A DNA stretch of 64,000 nt from an uncultured Chloroflexia bacterium (GTDB taxonomy: Bacteria > Chloroflexota > Limnocylindria > Limnocylindrales > CSP1-4): the NCBI GenBank assembly GCA_963746845.1, contig CAVVCZ010000001.1:324635-388634 (forward strand), written 5' to 3'. Numbering within the stretch: the stretch's first letter is position 1; each line of letters begins with the position of its first letter. The position numbers and the translations under genes were made by a program. A model generated the notes under the pieces. That model was given only the letters and a program-made list of their open reading frames with translations. It had not been told where the DNA came from and searched no databases. This document shows, in pieces, positions 18,664 to 28,153 of the stretch.

Positions 18664-19407
18664 TCAGGTATACAGCCCGCCGTCGATGGCGATCACCTGG
18701 CCGGTGATGTAGTCGCCGTGCGAAACCAGGAATTCGACCACCTGGGCGATCTCCTCCGGCCGCCCGAAGCGACCCATGGGGATCTTCGCGAGGATCCTGG
18801 CGCGGACCTCCTCCGGCATCGCCGCGATCATCTCGGTCTCGATGAAGCCCGGCGCGATGGCGTTGACCGTGACGCCCTTTCGGGCCAGCTCAAGCGCCGC
18901 AGACTTCGTGAAGCCGATGATCCCGGCCTTGGCCGCCGCGTAGTTCGCCTGGCCGAAGTTGCCATGGACGCCGATCACCGAGCTGATGTTCACGATCCGG
19001 CCGTAGCCGGCCTCGACCATGTGCGGCAATACCCGGGACGTCACGAGGAAGACGCTGGTCAGGTTCGTCTGGAGGACGGCGTTCCATTCCTCGAATGACA
19101 TCTTGGCGAGCGACCGGTCGCGGGTGATCCCGGCGTTGTTGACCAGCACGTCCAACTTGCCGAAGTGCTCCATGACGCTCGCGACGGCCGTCTCGACGGC
19201 AGCGGGATCCTGGACGTCGCAACCGAACGCGAACGCCGTGCCGCCGTGCGTTGCGATCTCGGCCGCGACCTGCTCGGCCGCATCACGGTTGCTGGTGTAG
19301 CCGACGGCGACGGACGCGGAATGCCGTCCGAGCTCGAGCGCAATCGCCCGGCCGATGCCGCGCGACCCGCCGGTAACAAGGCAGGCCCGGCCTGTCAGAT
19401 CTGTCAT
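18664..19407 (-). CDS. phaB: acetoacetyl-CoA reductase / 3-oxoacyl reductase (SDR)
   Basis: TGGSRGIG, NNAGITRD, GQANYAAAK. Sits between the phasin and thiolase genes. Confidence 0.85.
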   Translation of the reverse strand: MTDLTGRACLVTGGSRGIGRAIALELGRHSASVAVGYTSNRDAAEQVAAEIATHGGTAFAFGCDVQDPAAVETAVASVMEHFGKLDVLVNNAGITRDRSLAKMSFEEWNAVLQTNLTSVFLVTSRVLPHMVEAGYGRIVNISSVIGVHGNFGQANYAAAKAGIIGFTKSAALELARKGVTVNAIAPGFIETEMIAAMPEEVRARILAKIPMGRFGRPEEIAQVVEFLVSHGDYITGQVIAIDGGLYT

Positions 19408-19494
19408 CGCACAACCCTCCTCGAGTCGGCGGAGCCGCAAACGAAATGGCCGGCGATCAGTCGCCGGCCACGTCGTCGCCGATCAGCAGCTTGC

Positions 19495-19887
19495 TCAGCG
19501 CTTCGCGGTCTCGGTCGCCTTCGCGGTGGCCTTGATCGTTGACTGCCACGTCTCGAGCGTCGCCTGCTGGGTTCGCTTGAGGAGGTCCGTGAACTGCGCG
19601 ACAGCCTGCTTGTTGCTCTTGACGCTGAGGTCGAAGAGGCTCAGGCCCGCGTCGATCGCCGCGTTCTGCGCGCCGAACGCCGTCCGAAGGACGGCTTCGC
19701 TCTGCGTGGACCAGGTGCTCAGGAGGTCCCGGCCGAGGACGCTTGCCTCGTCGAAGGACGAGCGCGCAGCCTCGATCGAGGCCTTGGCATTCTCGGTGTT
19801 GGTACGGGCCGCCTGGGCGGCGATCCGGGTGGCTTCCGCGACGGCGGCCGCCGCGGTCTCTGGCATGTCGTTCACTGGGGTGGACAC
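19495..19887 (-). CDS. phasin-like PHA granule protein
   Basis: 130 aa Ala/Thr-rich amphipathic helical protein with a GAAGGAG RBS, heading the phaB-phaA operon. Confidence 0.6.
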   Translation of the reverse strand: MSTPVNDMPETAAAAVAEATRIAAQAARTNTENAKASIEAARSSFDEASVLGRDLLSTWSTQSEAVLRTAFGAQNAAIDAGLSLFDLSVKSNKQAVAQFTDLLKRTQQATLETWQSTIKATAKATETAKR

Positions 19888-20013
19888 GGTGCTCTCCTTC
19901 GCCTATGATCTCGTTGACTCTACCTGCGCATCAACTCTAGGTGCATTGTGCACATAGTGACTCGCACTTGTCAAGCCACTCTGAAGAGAGAGCCGAGAAC
20001 GTCGTTGTGAACC

Positions 20014-20523
20014 ATGTCTGACGAACACGCCACCGCCAGGTCGGTTCCCGATCCGGGGGAGTCGCTCGACGAGCGCGAGCCGCTGTCCGGCTGGCCGCCG
20101 CGCGACGTCCTGGCACCGTTCGTCCTGCTGGCCGTGTCAATGCAACGCGCCCACGGCTACGTGATCGAGGACTATCTGCGAGCTCTCGGCGTGTTCGGGA
20201 TCACCATGAGCACGCTGTACCGGACGCTCCGCCAGATGGAGAAGGACGGCTTCCTCGAGTCGACGTGGGAGCCCGGGCCAACGGGTCCCGCCCGGCGCGT
20301 CTACTCGATCACCGACGCGGGCCACACGTGGCTCGACTCCTCGGTGGTCATGCTGGACGCCTATCGCCAGACCATCGACCGGTTCCTCGACCTGTACGGC
20401 ACGGGCCCCCGCGCGACACGCAAGGCAGCCGACCCGCCGACGGACGGCAAGGGGACGACCAGGCAGCGGACGGCCGCGAAACGGACGAAAGAACAGGGGA
20501 CGAGGAAAGGGACAGACCGATGA
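20014..20523 (+). CDS. PadR-family regulator, PhaQ-like
   Basis: AHGYVI, TLYRTLRQMEKDG, STWE, GPARRVYSITDAG. Closely resembles Bacillus PhaQ, and the context agrees. Confidence 0.8.
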   Translation: MSDEHATARSVPDPGESLDEREPLSGWPPRDVLAPFVLLAVSMQRAHGYVIEDYLRALGVFGITMSTLYRTLRQMEKDGFLESTWEPGPTGPARRVYSITDAGHTWLDSSVVMLDAYRQTIDRFLDLYGTGPRATRKAADPPTDGKGTTRQRTAAKRTKEQGTRKGTDR

Positions 20524-21215
20524 CGAAGGCCCAGGAAGCCAGCCAGGACACCGATGCGTTCGCGGTCTGGCGCCAGCTCTACGACGCCAATGAGAGGGCC
20601 TGGAACTCGGCCCTTGAGGGGGCGATGGGCAGTCCGGAGTTCGGCGAATCGAGCGGGCGACTGCTCGAGACGATGCTCGCCGCCCAGAAGTCGGTTCGCG
20701 ACAACATGCGGGCCTACCTCGAGACGATGAACGTACCGACCCGCGAGGATATCGCCCGGCTCGGGGAGCTCGTCGTCGGGCTCGAGGAGAAGAGCGATCA
20801 GATCGCCGACCGACTCGACGTCCTCGAGGACGCCGTTCGCAGCCGACCGGCCGAGGTCGCCAAGATCGATCGGATCGCCAAGCGACTCGACACGATCGAG
20901 CGAGCGGTCCGCAGCCGACCGGCCGAGGTCGCCAAGATCGATCGGATCGCCAAGCGACTCGACACGATCGAGCGAGCGGTCCGCAGCCGACCGGCCGAGG
21001 TCGCCAAGATCGATCGGATCGCCAAGCGACTCGATACCATCGAGCGAGCGGTCCGACCCCGAGCCGCGGACGCGGCCAGGACGGCGACGCGAGCCACCCG
21101 CCCTGCGGCCGCCAAGGTCGCCACGGCGGCCGCGGCCGCCGGCCCGGCCCGGTCCGCGGCCAAGGTCGCCGCACCCGCAAAGCCGGCCACGACCCCGGCT
21201 GGCACGGCCGAATGA
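20520..21215 (+). CDS. PHA synthase partner subunit (PhaR/PhaE-like) with an internal tandem repeat
   Basis: WRQLYDANERAW...MNVPTREDIARLGELVVGLEEK. Translationally coupled to both the PadR gene and phaC. Confidence 0.75.
   Translation: MTKAQEASQDTDAFAVWRQLYDANERAWNSALEGAMGSPEFGESSGRLLETMLAAQKSVRDNMRAYLETMNVPTREDIARLGELVVGLEEKSDQIADRLDVLEDAVRSRPAEVAKIDRIAKRLDTIERAVRSRPAEVAKIDRIAKRLDTIERAVRSRPAEVAKIDRIAKRLDTIERAVRPRAADAARTATRATRPAAAKVATAAAAAGPARSAAKVAAPAKPATTPAGTAE
20838..21053 (+). repeat. 3 x 72-bp near-perfect tandem repeat (RSRPAEVAKIDRIAKRLDTIERAV)
   Basis: Units start at 20838, 20910 and 20982. Confidence 0.95.
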
Positions 21216-22282
21216 CCACGACCGCGGCGGCCACCTACCCGGACGCGGCCAACCTGTGGTCGTCAGCCGACCGCGCGCTCGAGATGGCCCGTGTCGTGCT
21301 CGGCTCGGCCGACGCGCCCGTCGGCCTGACGCCGAAGGAGCTCATCTGGCGCAAGAACAAGGCGCGACTCTACCGCTACGTCCGATCCGAGCCGGCCGCT
21401 CACCGGACGCCGATCTTCCTCGTGCTGCCGCTCATCAACCGTGCCTACATCCTGGATCTGCGGCCGGGAGCGAGCTTCGTCGAGTATCTCCTCGGCGAGG
21501 GCTTCGACGTCTTCCTGATCGACTGGGGGACACCCGGGGACGAGGATCGGGCCCTCGACGTCACGACCCTCGTGACGCGCTACCTGCCGCGTGCCGCGAA
21601 GGCGATTCAGCGAGCCACCGGGGCAGAGCAGATCACGGTGCTCGGCTACTGCATCGGCGGCGCTCTCGCGACGTGCTTCGCGGCCCTCCATCCGGAAGTC
21701 GCACGGAACCTCGTCCTCCTGACGGCTCCGCTCGATTTCGCCGACGCGGGTCAGTTCGGTCGGATGACGGCGCGTGGCGTCTTCCCCATCGATCTGCTGA
21801 CGGACACGTATCCGACGATCCCCGGGCAGATGCCGGATGTCGGCTCGAAGCTCCTCAACCCGATGGCCAACTACGTGGGCACCTATCGCAACCTGTGGCA
21901 GAAGTTGGGTGATCCTGCCTTCGATGTCACCGCCTGGCAGGCGATGTACCGGTGGGTCAACGACAGCGTCCCATTCGCCGGCGCGGCATTCCGCCAGTGG
22001 ATCGTCGAGTTCTACCAGGAGAACCGGCTGACCCGGGACATGCTCGAGATGGACGGCCGGCCCGTTCGTCTGGCCGACATCCGGTGTCCGGTCCTCAACA
22101 TCGCCGCGAGTCGGGATCAGATCGCGCCGCGGCCCACGACGAGCGTCGTCAACGGACGCGTCGGAAGCGAGGACGCGTCCGAGATCCTCATCGAAGGCGG
22201 CCATGTCGGCATCGTCGTCGGCCGCTCGGCCAGCCAGAACCTGTGGCCAAAGGTGGGCGCCTGGCTCAGCGCCCACGACTGA
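21212..22282 (+). CDS. phaC: class III/IV polyhydroxyalkanoate synthase
   Basis: LINRAYILDL, IDWG, lipase box GYCIGG, Asp in ASRDQI and His in GGHVG; 356 aa. Confidence 0.92.
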   Translation: MTTTAAATYPDAANLWSSADRALEMARVVLGSADAPVGLTPKELIWRKNKARLYRYVRSEPAAHRTPIFLVLPLINRAYILDLRPGASFVEYLLGEGFDVFLIDWGTPGDEDRALDVTTLVTRYLPRAAKAIQRATGAEQITVLGYCIGGALATCFAALHPEVARNLVLLTAPLDFADAGQFGRMTARGVFPIDLLTDTYPTIPGQMPDVGSKLLNPMANYVGTYRNLWQKLGDPAFDVTAWQAMYRWVNDSVPFAGAAFRQWIVEFYQENRLTRDMLEMDGRPVRLADIRCPVLNIAASRDQIAPRPTTSVVNGRVGSEDASEILIEGGHVGIVVGRSASQNLWPKVGAWLSAHD

Positions 22283-22308
22283 TCCGACCCGGAGTCGGCG
22301 ATCCGCGG

Positions 22309-23322
22309 TCAGCCCCCCGGGGAGACCCACGATCGAAGCGTTCTCATGTAGTTGGCGCGCTCGAACGCTGACGGGTCCTCGGTGGTGGCCTGGCTCGCGC
22401 TTCCCTTGAGCTGGTCAACCGATTCGTACTCATGCTCGATCAACCACGTCCGCATCTCCGCCTCCACGGTGGCGACATGCTCGGCGCCGTGTCGAAGCAG
22501 GGCTGACGTCATCATCACCACATCCGCGCCGACCATCAGGCCCTTGACCGCGTCCGTCCCGGTCTGCACGCCGGAGGTTGCCGCCAGGGACACGCCGGGG
22601 CCGAGCTGCGGTCGCAGGATCGCGATCCAGCGGACCGGCAGTCGCATCTCCCAGGGCTGGCTCAGGTCGAGTCGCGGGACGACCTCCATCGTCTCCAGGT
22701 CGAGATCGGGCTGGTAGAAGCGATTGAACAGGACGAGGCCATCCGCGCCGGCATCGACGGCCGAAGCGGCGAAGTTGGCGAACGCCGAGTAGTACGGGCT
22801 CAGCTTGACGGCCAGCGGGATCGCCACCGAGTTGCGGACAGCGGCGATCAGCTCCAGGTCGGCAGCTTCCATGTCGGCCGCGGTCCGCGTCGGATCGGCG
22901 GCGAGATGGTAGAGGTTCAACTCGAGCGCGTCGGCTCCCGCCTCCTCGATCCGCCGTGCGTACGTGACCCAACCGCCGGCGGAGCTGGCGTTCAGGCTGG
23001 CGATGATCGGCACCGCGATCCTGCGCTTGACCACTTCGAGCGATGCGAGGTAGCGATCCGCCGCGCCGACGAACCCCTCGACAGCGGGAAAGTAGTCGAG
23101 CGCCTCGGCGAAATGCTCGGTGCCCTGCTCCAGCGAGCGGTTGAGCTCGATCTCCTCCGCCACGATCTCCTCCTCGAAGAGCGACGGGAGGACGATCGCG
23201 CCCGCCCCGGCGCGCTCCAGGAGCGCCGCCATGGCCGGCTCCCCATTGTGCGGAGCTGCCGAGGCGACGATGGGCGAGCGGAGCTCGAGACCGAGGTAGT
23301 GGGCGCGCAGATCGACGCTCAC
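22309..23322 (-). CDS. dihydroorotate dehydrogenase-like FMN protein (PFOR-associated type)
   Basis: YLGLELRSPIVAS, SLFEE, ALELN, VKLSPY, VLFNRFYQPD and FERANY. Confidence 0.88.
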   Translation of the reverse strand: MSVDLRAHYLGLELRSPIVASAAPHNGEPAMAALLERAGAGAIVLPSLFEEEIVAEEIELNRSLEQGTEHFAEALDYFPAVEGFVGAADRYLASLEVVKRRIAVPIIASLNASSAGGWVTYARRIEEAGADALELNLYHLAADPTRTAADMEAADLELIAAVRNSVAIPLAVKLSPYYSAFANFAASAVDAGADGLVLFNRFYQPDLDLETMEVVPRLDLSQPWEMRLPVRWIAILRPQLGPGVSLAATSGVQTGTDAVKGLMVGADVVMMTSALLRHGAEHVATVEAEMRTWLIEHEYESVDQLKGSASQATTEDPSAFERANYMRTLRSWVSPGG

Positions 23323-26300
23323 GCCGGATCCTCCTCGCCCTCATCTCGGTAGCCCGCGTCGCTCTCTACCTCGGGCACGATGTCCGGGTCCGGTCGATGC
23401 ACGTGCGGAACGGTGCGTTCGACACCCGCGAGCTGCTCGTAGTAGCGCCAGCGTTCGTCGGCGTCGGCCTGGGCGAGGACCGCGAGCTCGGCAGCTCGAT
23501 CGGGATGCGTCCGCTGGAGGATCGCGAAGCGCGTCTCGGTCGCGACGAAGGAGGCGATCGGGATCGATGGGGCGGAGGAGTCCAGCTTGAAGGGCTTGCC
23601 CCCTTCGATCTCGGACGGGTGGAAGCGGTACAGCGGCCAGTAGCCGCTCTTGACCGCCTCCTTCTGGTGGGTCATCGACTTGCTCATGTCGATCCCGTGG
23701 GCGATGCACGTGCTGTAGGCGATGACGAGCGACGGACCCGGCCAGGCATCGGCCTCGAGCAGGGCCTTGGTGGTCTGCTGATCGTTCGCGCCCATCGAGA
23801 CCTGGGCGACGTAGACGTTGCCATACGAGCGGGCGATCGCTCCGAGGTCCTTCTTGGCCGTTCCCTTGCCTGCAGCGGCGAACTTCGCCACGGCGCCGCG
23901 CGGCGTCGCCTTCGAGGACTGGCCACCGGTGTTGGAATAGACCTCGGTGTCGAGGACGAGGATGTTGACGTTCCGACCGGATGACAGGACCTGGTCGAGG
24001 CCCCCGAACCCGATGTCGTAGGCCCAGCCGTCCCCGCCGATGATCCAGATGCCCTTGCGGACGAGATCGCCGGCGAGGGCGAGCAGGTGTCGGGCATCGG
24101 AGGCGCGTGGCCCCTCGACGTGGGCGAGTGCGTCGCGGAGACGGCCGACCCGCTCTCGCTGGAGCCCGATCTCGACCTCGCTGTCCTGGACGGCTCCGAG
24201 GAGCCCGCCGACGAGGTCGGTACCAACCTCGGGTGCGAGGCGCTCGAGAAGCCGTCGGGCGTGATCGGTCAGGGCGTCGACCGCGAGGCGCATCCCGAGG
24301 CCGAATTCCGCGTTGTCCTCGAACAGCGAGTTGCTCCACGCCGGTCCACGGCCGGTGGCGTTGACCGTCCAGGGCGTGGTCGGCAGGTTGGCGCCGTAGA
24401 TCGACGAGCAGCCGGTCGCGTTGGCCACGATCATCCGATCGCCGAAGAGCTGGCTCACGAGCCTGATGTACGGCGTCTCCCCGCAGCCTCCGCACGCGCC
24501 CGAGAACTCGAAGAGTGGTTCCAGGACCTGGCTGCCCTTGACCGTATCGTGCGCGATCAGGCTTCGATCGAGCGGGGTGATGGACTGGAAGAAGTCCCAG
24601 CGCGGTCGCTCGATGTCGCGGTGTTCGGCGACGGGCTCCATGTTGATCGCCTTGTGGCTCGTATCGGTCTTGCTCTTCGCGGGGCAGACATCGACACAGA
24701 CCCCGCAGCCGGTGCAGTCGTCGGGCGCGACCTGGATGGTGAGCCGGTGGTCAGGCAGGTCCCGGGAGCGGAACTCCTTGTGCAGGAAATCGGCGGGAGC
24801 GGTCTCGACCGCGGACGATGGGAACACCTTCATCCGGATCGTCGCGTGCGGGCAGACCATCGCGCACTTGCCGCAGTCGATGCAGATCGCGGGATCCCAG
24901 ATCGGGATCGTCTGGGCAATCGCCCGCTTCTCGTATTTCGCGGTCCCGGTCGGGAAGGTGCCGTCGACCGGCAGGGCGCTGACCGGCAGCATGTCGCCGT
25001 CACCGGCCATCAGCCGGGCGGTGATTCTGGCGACGAAGTCGGGCACGTCGTCGGGCACCGGCGGGGTCGTCGGGCGGCTGTTGGTGACGCGGCCGAGCGG
25101 GACATGGGCGAGACGCCCGAGCGAGCGGTCGATCGCGGCAAAGTTGCGGGTCACGATGGCTTCGCCGCGCTTCGCGTACGTCTTCTCGACGAAGGCCTTG
25201 ATTCGGCTGATCGCTTCGTCCGCGGGCAGGATGCCGGCGAGCTGGAAGAAGCACGGCTGCATGACCGTGTTGATCCGGCTGCCCATCCCCGCCTCGTCGG
25301 CGACCGCGACCGCATCGATCACCCAGAAGTCGATCTCCTTGTCGAGGAGCAGCTTCTGCATGCCCCCGGGCAGGTGGTCCCAGACCTCGTCGGGACCGTA
25401 CGGGGCGTTGAGCAGGAACGTCGCCCCGTGCCTGGCGTGCTCGAGCACCTTCGTCTTGCCGAGCAGCCCGAACTGGTGGCAGGCGACGAAGTCGGCCTCC
25501 TCGATGAGATAGGTCGATCGGATCGGCTCGGGGCCGAAGCGCAGGTGCGACACGGTGACCGAGCCCGACTTCTTGGAGTCGTAGACGAAGTAGCCCTGGG
25601 CGAACAGATCGGTGCTCTCGCCGATGATCTTGATCGACGCCTTGTTCGCACCGACCGTACCGTCCGAGCCGAGCCCGAAGAAGACTGCCTGCACTTCACC
25701 CGCCGGACGCGGGTGCCGGAACTCGCCGTCGATCGGCAGGCTGAGATGCGTCACATCGTCGTAGATCCCGACCGTGAAATGCCGTTTCGGGCGCGTCGCA
25801 GCGAGCTCATCGAAGATCGGCTTGATCATCGCGGGCGTCATCTCCTTGGATGACAGCCCGTAGCGTCCGCCGATGACCCGCGGCGCCGTCGCGAACGGCG
25901 GAGCGTCGCCGTCCATCTCCTCGGCAAGGCCCGCGACGACCTCCAGGTAGAGCGGCTCGCCGACGGCGCCCGGCTCCTTGGTCCGGTCGAGGACGGCGAT
26001 CGCCCGGACCGTCGAGGGCAGGGCGGCCACGAGCTGCGCTGCCGGGAACGGCTGGAACAAGCGGATCCGGAGCATCCCGACCTTCTCGCCCGCGGTGACG
26101 AGCGCATCGACGGTCTCTTCGACCGCACCGCTGGCCGAGCCCATCACGATGACGACGCGGTCGGCGTCCGGGGCGCCGTGATAATCCACCAGCCCGTACT
26201 GCCGGCCGGTCCGGGCTGCGAGCTCGTCCATGACCTCCTGGACGATCCCGGGCGCCGCGAGATGGAACGGGTTCGCCGCCTCGCGAGCCTGGAAGAAGAC

Positions 26301-26969
26301 GTCGGGGTTCTGGGCCGTCCCCCGAACGACGGGAGCATCGGGGGTCAGGCCGCGACTGCGGAAGGCCAGCACGTCGTCGTCGCGCACCAACGACCGGATG
26401 TCGTCCTCTTCGAGCACCGCGATCTTGTTGATCTCGTGCGACGTGCGGAAACCGTCGAAGAAGTGGAGGAACGGGATCCGGGTTCGGAGCGTCGCCGCGT
26501 GGGCAACGAGCGCGAAGTCGTGCGCCTCCTGGACCGAGCCCGACGCGAGCATCGCCCAGCCGGTCGTGCGCGCGTGCATCACATCGCTGTGGTCGCCGAA
26601 GATCGAGAGGGCGTGGGTCGCCACGGTCCGCGCGGCGACATGGATCACCGTTGGCGTCAGCTCGCCGGCGATCTTGAACATGTTGGGGATCATCAGGAGG
26701 AGGCCCTGCGACGCGGTGAACGTCGTCCCGAGCGCGCCGTTCTGCAGGGCGCCGTGGAGGGCCCCTGCCGCGCCGGCCTCGGACTGCATCTCGACGACAT
26801 CCGGAACCTTGCCCCAGAAATTCGGCCGGCCGGCTGCCGCCCAATCGTCGCAGTGCTCGGCCATCGGCGAGGCCGGGGTGATCGGGTAGATCGCGATCAC
26901 TTCGGACAGGGCGTACGCGACCTGTGCGGCCGCCTCGTTGCCGTCGAGGCACTCGTGACGATGGGCCAT
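23319..26969 (-). CDS. nifJ: pyruvate:ferredoxin (flavodoxin) oxidoreductase
   Basis: YPITP, EMQSEAGAAG, two CxxCxxCxxxCP ferredoxin motifs, FSGACGGCGE and GGDGWAYDIG. Confidence 0.95.
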   Translation of the reverse strand: MAHRHECLDGNEAAAQVAYALSEVIAIYPITPASPMAEHCDDWAAAGRPNFWGKVPDVVEMQSEAGAAGALHGALQNGALGTTFTASQGLLLMIPNMFKIAGELTPTVIHVAARTVATHALSIFGDHSDVMHARTTGWAMLASGSVQEAHDFALVAHAATLRTRIPFLHFFDGFRTSHEINKIAVLEEDDIRSLVRDDDVLAFRSRGLTPDAPVVRGTAQNPDVFFQAREAANPFHLAAPGIVQEVMDELAARTGRQYGLVDYHGAPDADRVVIVMGSASGAVEETVDALVTAGEKVGMLRIRLFQPFPAAQLVAALPSTVRAIAVLDRTKEPGAVGEPLYLEVVAGLAEEMDGDAPPFATAPRVIGGRYGLSSKEMTPAMIKPIFDELAATRPKRHFTVGIYDDVTHLSLPIDGEFRHPRPAGEVQAVFFGLGSDGTVGANKASIKIIGESTDLFAQGYFVYDSKKSGSVTVSHLRFGPEPIRSTYLIEEADFVACHQFGLLGKTKVLEHARHGATFLLNAPYGPDEVWDHLPGGMQKLLLDKEIDFWVIDAVAVADEAGMGSRINTVMQPCFFQLAGILPADEAISRIKAFVEKTYAKRGEAIVTRNFAAIDRSLGRLAHVPLGRVTNSRPTTPPVPDDVPDFVARITARLMAGDGDMLPVSALPVDGTFPTGTAKYEKRAIAQTIPIWDPAICIDCGKCAMVCPHATIRMKVFPSSAVETAPADFLHKEFRSRDLPDHRLTIQVAPDDCTGCGVCVDVCPAKSKTDTSHKAINMEPVAEHRDIERPRWDFFQSITPLDRSLIAHDTVKGSQVLEPLFEFSGACGGCGETPYIRLVSQLFGDRMIVANATGCSSIYGANLPTTPWTVNATGRGPAWSNSLFEDNAEFGLGMRLAVDALTDHARRLLERLAPEVGTDLVGGLLGAVQDSEVEIGLQRERVGRLRDALAHVEGPRASDARHLLALAGDLVRKGIWIIGGDGWAYDIGFGGLDQVLSSGRNVNILVLDTEVYSNTGGQSSKATPRGAVAKFAAAGKGTAKKDLGAIARSYGNVYVAQVSMGANDQQTTKALLEADAWPGPSLVIAYSTCIAHGIDMSKSMTHQKEAVKSGYWPLYRFHPSEIEGGKPFKLDSSAPSIPIASFVATETRFAILQRTHPDRAAELAVLAQADADERWRYYEQLAGVERTVPHVHRPDPDIVPEVESDAGYRDEGEEDPA

Positions 26970-27256
26970 GACCGAAGGCTCCCTTCGAGGTCTGCCGGGA
27001 CGCGTCGTGAGCGGGCACCAGGTGGGATCGGACCCGGAGACACGAGTATGCCTCGCCCAGGGAGATCGGCTGGCAGGCCATTGGGCGCCTTCTCGGGGGC
27101 CGTTCAGCTGGGACGACGGTGGCGAAGGCCCGGCTGTGACCAATGGACGGCGTCGACGGGCCATTCGGCCGACGCGACGTGGATCGGTTCCGCCGACTAT
27201 CGGGCCGACGGGCGCCGATGGCGCGTCAGGAACGGGGAGAACGACGAGGACTGATC

Positions 27257-27700
27257 ATGAGCGGCCAACCGACGGAGACCTCCTGGCAGCTGCGCTTCGA
27301 TCGCCTCGCGGTTGCCGACGTCATGACGATGGACCCGGTCACCGTCGGCGTCGACGCCACCATCGAGGCCGCCGAGCAATTGCTCGCGGCCTATCGGATC
27401 AGCGGTCTGCCGGTGATCGATGGCGCCGGCCAGCTCGTCGGGGTGTTGAGCCGCACGGACCTGTTCCTCGACGGCGGGACGAGCCTCTCCCAGCTCGTGC
27501 GCGGGCGAGCGTCGGGGCTGCGCGTCGGCGAGCTCATGTCCCGGCCGCCCCTGACGGTGAGCCTGTCGGCGACGCTCGTCGAGGCCGCTCGGATGATGCG
27601 CAACGAGCAGGTCCATCGACTCGTCGTCGTGAACGAGCAGGACCAGCCGATCGGAGTCCTGAGCGCGACCGACTACGTGAGGTTGGTCGCCGACGGGTAG
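27257..27700 (+). CDS. CBS-pair domain protein
   Basis: VADVMT..ISGLPVID..VGVLSRTDL, and a second CBS unit (VHRLVVV..IGVLSATDYV). Confidence 0.88.
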   Translation: MSGQPTETSWQLRFDRLAVADVMTMDPVTVGVDATIEAAEQLLAAYRISGLPVIDGAGQLVGVLSRTDLFLDGGTSLSQLVRGRASGLRVGELMSRPPLTVSLSATLVEAARMMRNEQVHRLVVVNEQDQPIGVLSATDYVRLVADG

Positions 27701-27849
27701 CGGCCCGCAGGGAGATGGCAGACCGGGGCCGGTCAGACCGGCATGATCCGCACGAGCACCTCACGGACCACGGCGATGGTCCCGGCTGCTGCCTGAGCCA
27801 CCAGGTGGTCCCGGCGCGTGCAGGGCCGTTGCCGCGGGGACGGCTCCAA

Positions 27850-28062
27850 TCAGGGATGGAACAGGCGCGCGCTCGGGACGACCTCGCCTCCGTTGACGCT
27901 CCCACCCGCGACGAGCACGTCCCCATCCCGGAGCCCCGTCACGGCGGCATCCATCGCCACGAGTGAGCGCGGGACCTCCTCGAAGCGCATCGTCGACGGG
28001 TCGAACAGCTCCGACGGCAGGTCCGAGGTGTCCTGCGACGGGTACCGGTCGCCACCGGTGAC
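27850..28062 (-). pseudogene. Kelch/galactose-oxidase repeat protein 3' remnant, copy 2
   Basis: VTGG..SELFDPSTMRF..AMDAAVTGLRDGDVLVAGGSVNGGEVVPSARLFHP*. No credible start. Confidence 0.65.
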
Positions 28063-28153
28063 GGAACCAAGTGGCGAGTCCGTCCATACCTCATCCGACG
28101 ATCAAGTGGCCAATTCCGTCTCAGACCGCTGTGGGTCCCCGTTCTCAGCTTTC

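Noticed and set aside
20838-21053. Repeat array as a possible CRISPR
   Set aside because: The 72-bp units are contiguous and in frame, with no spacers and no cas genes.
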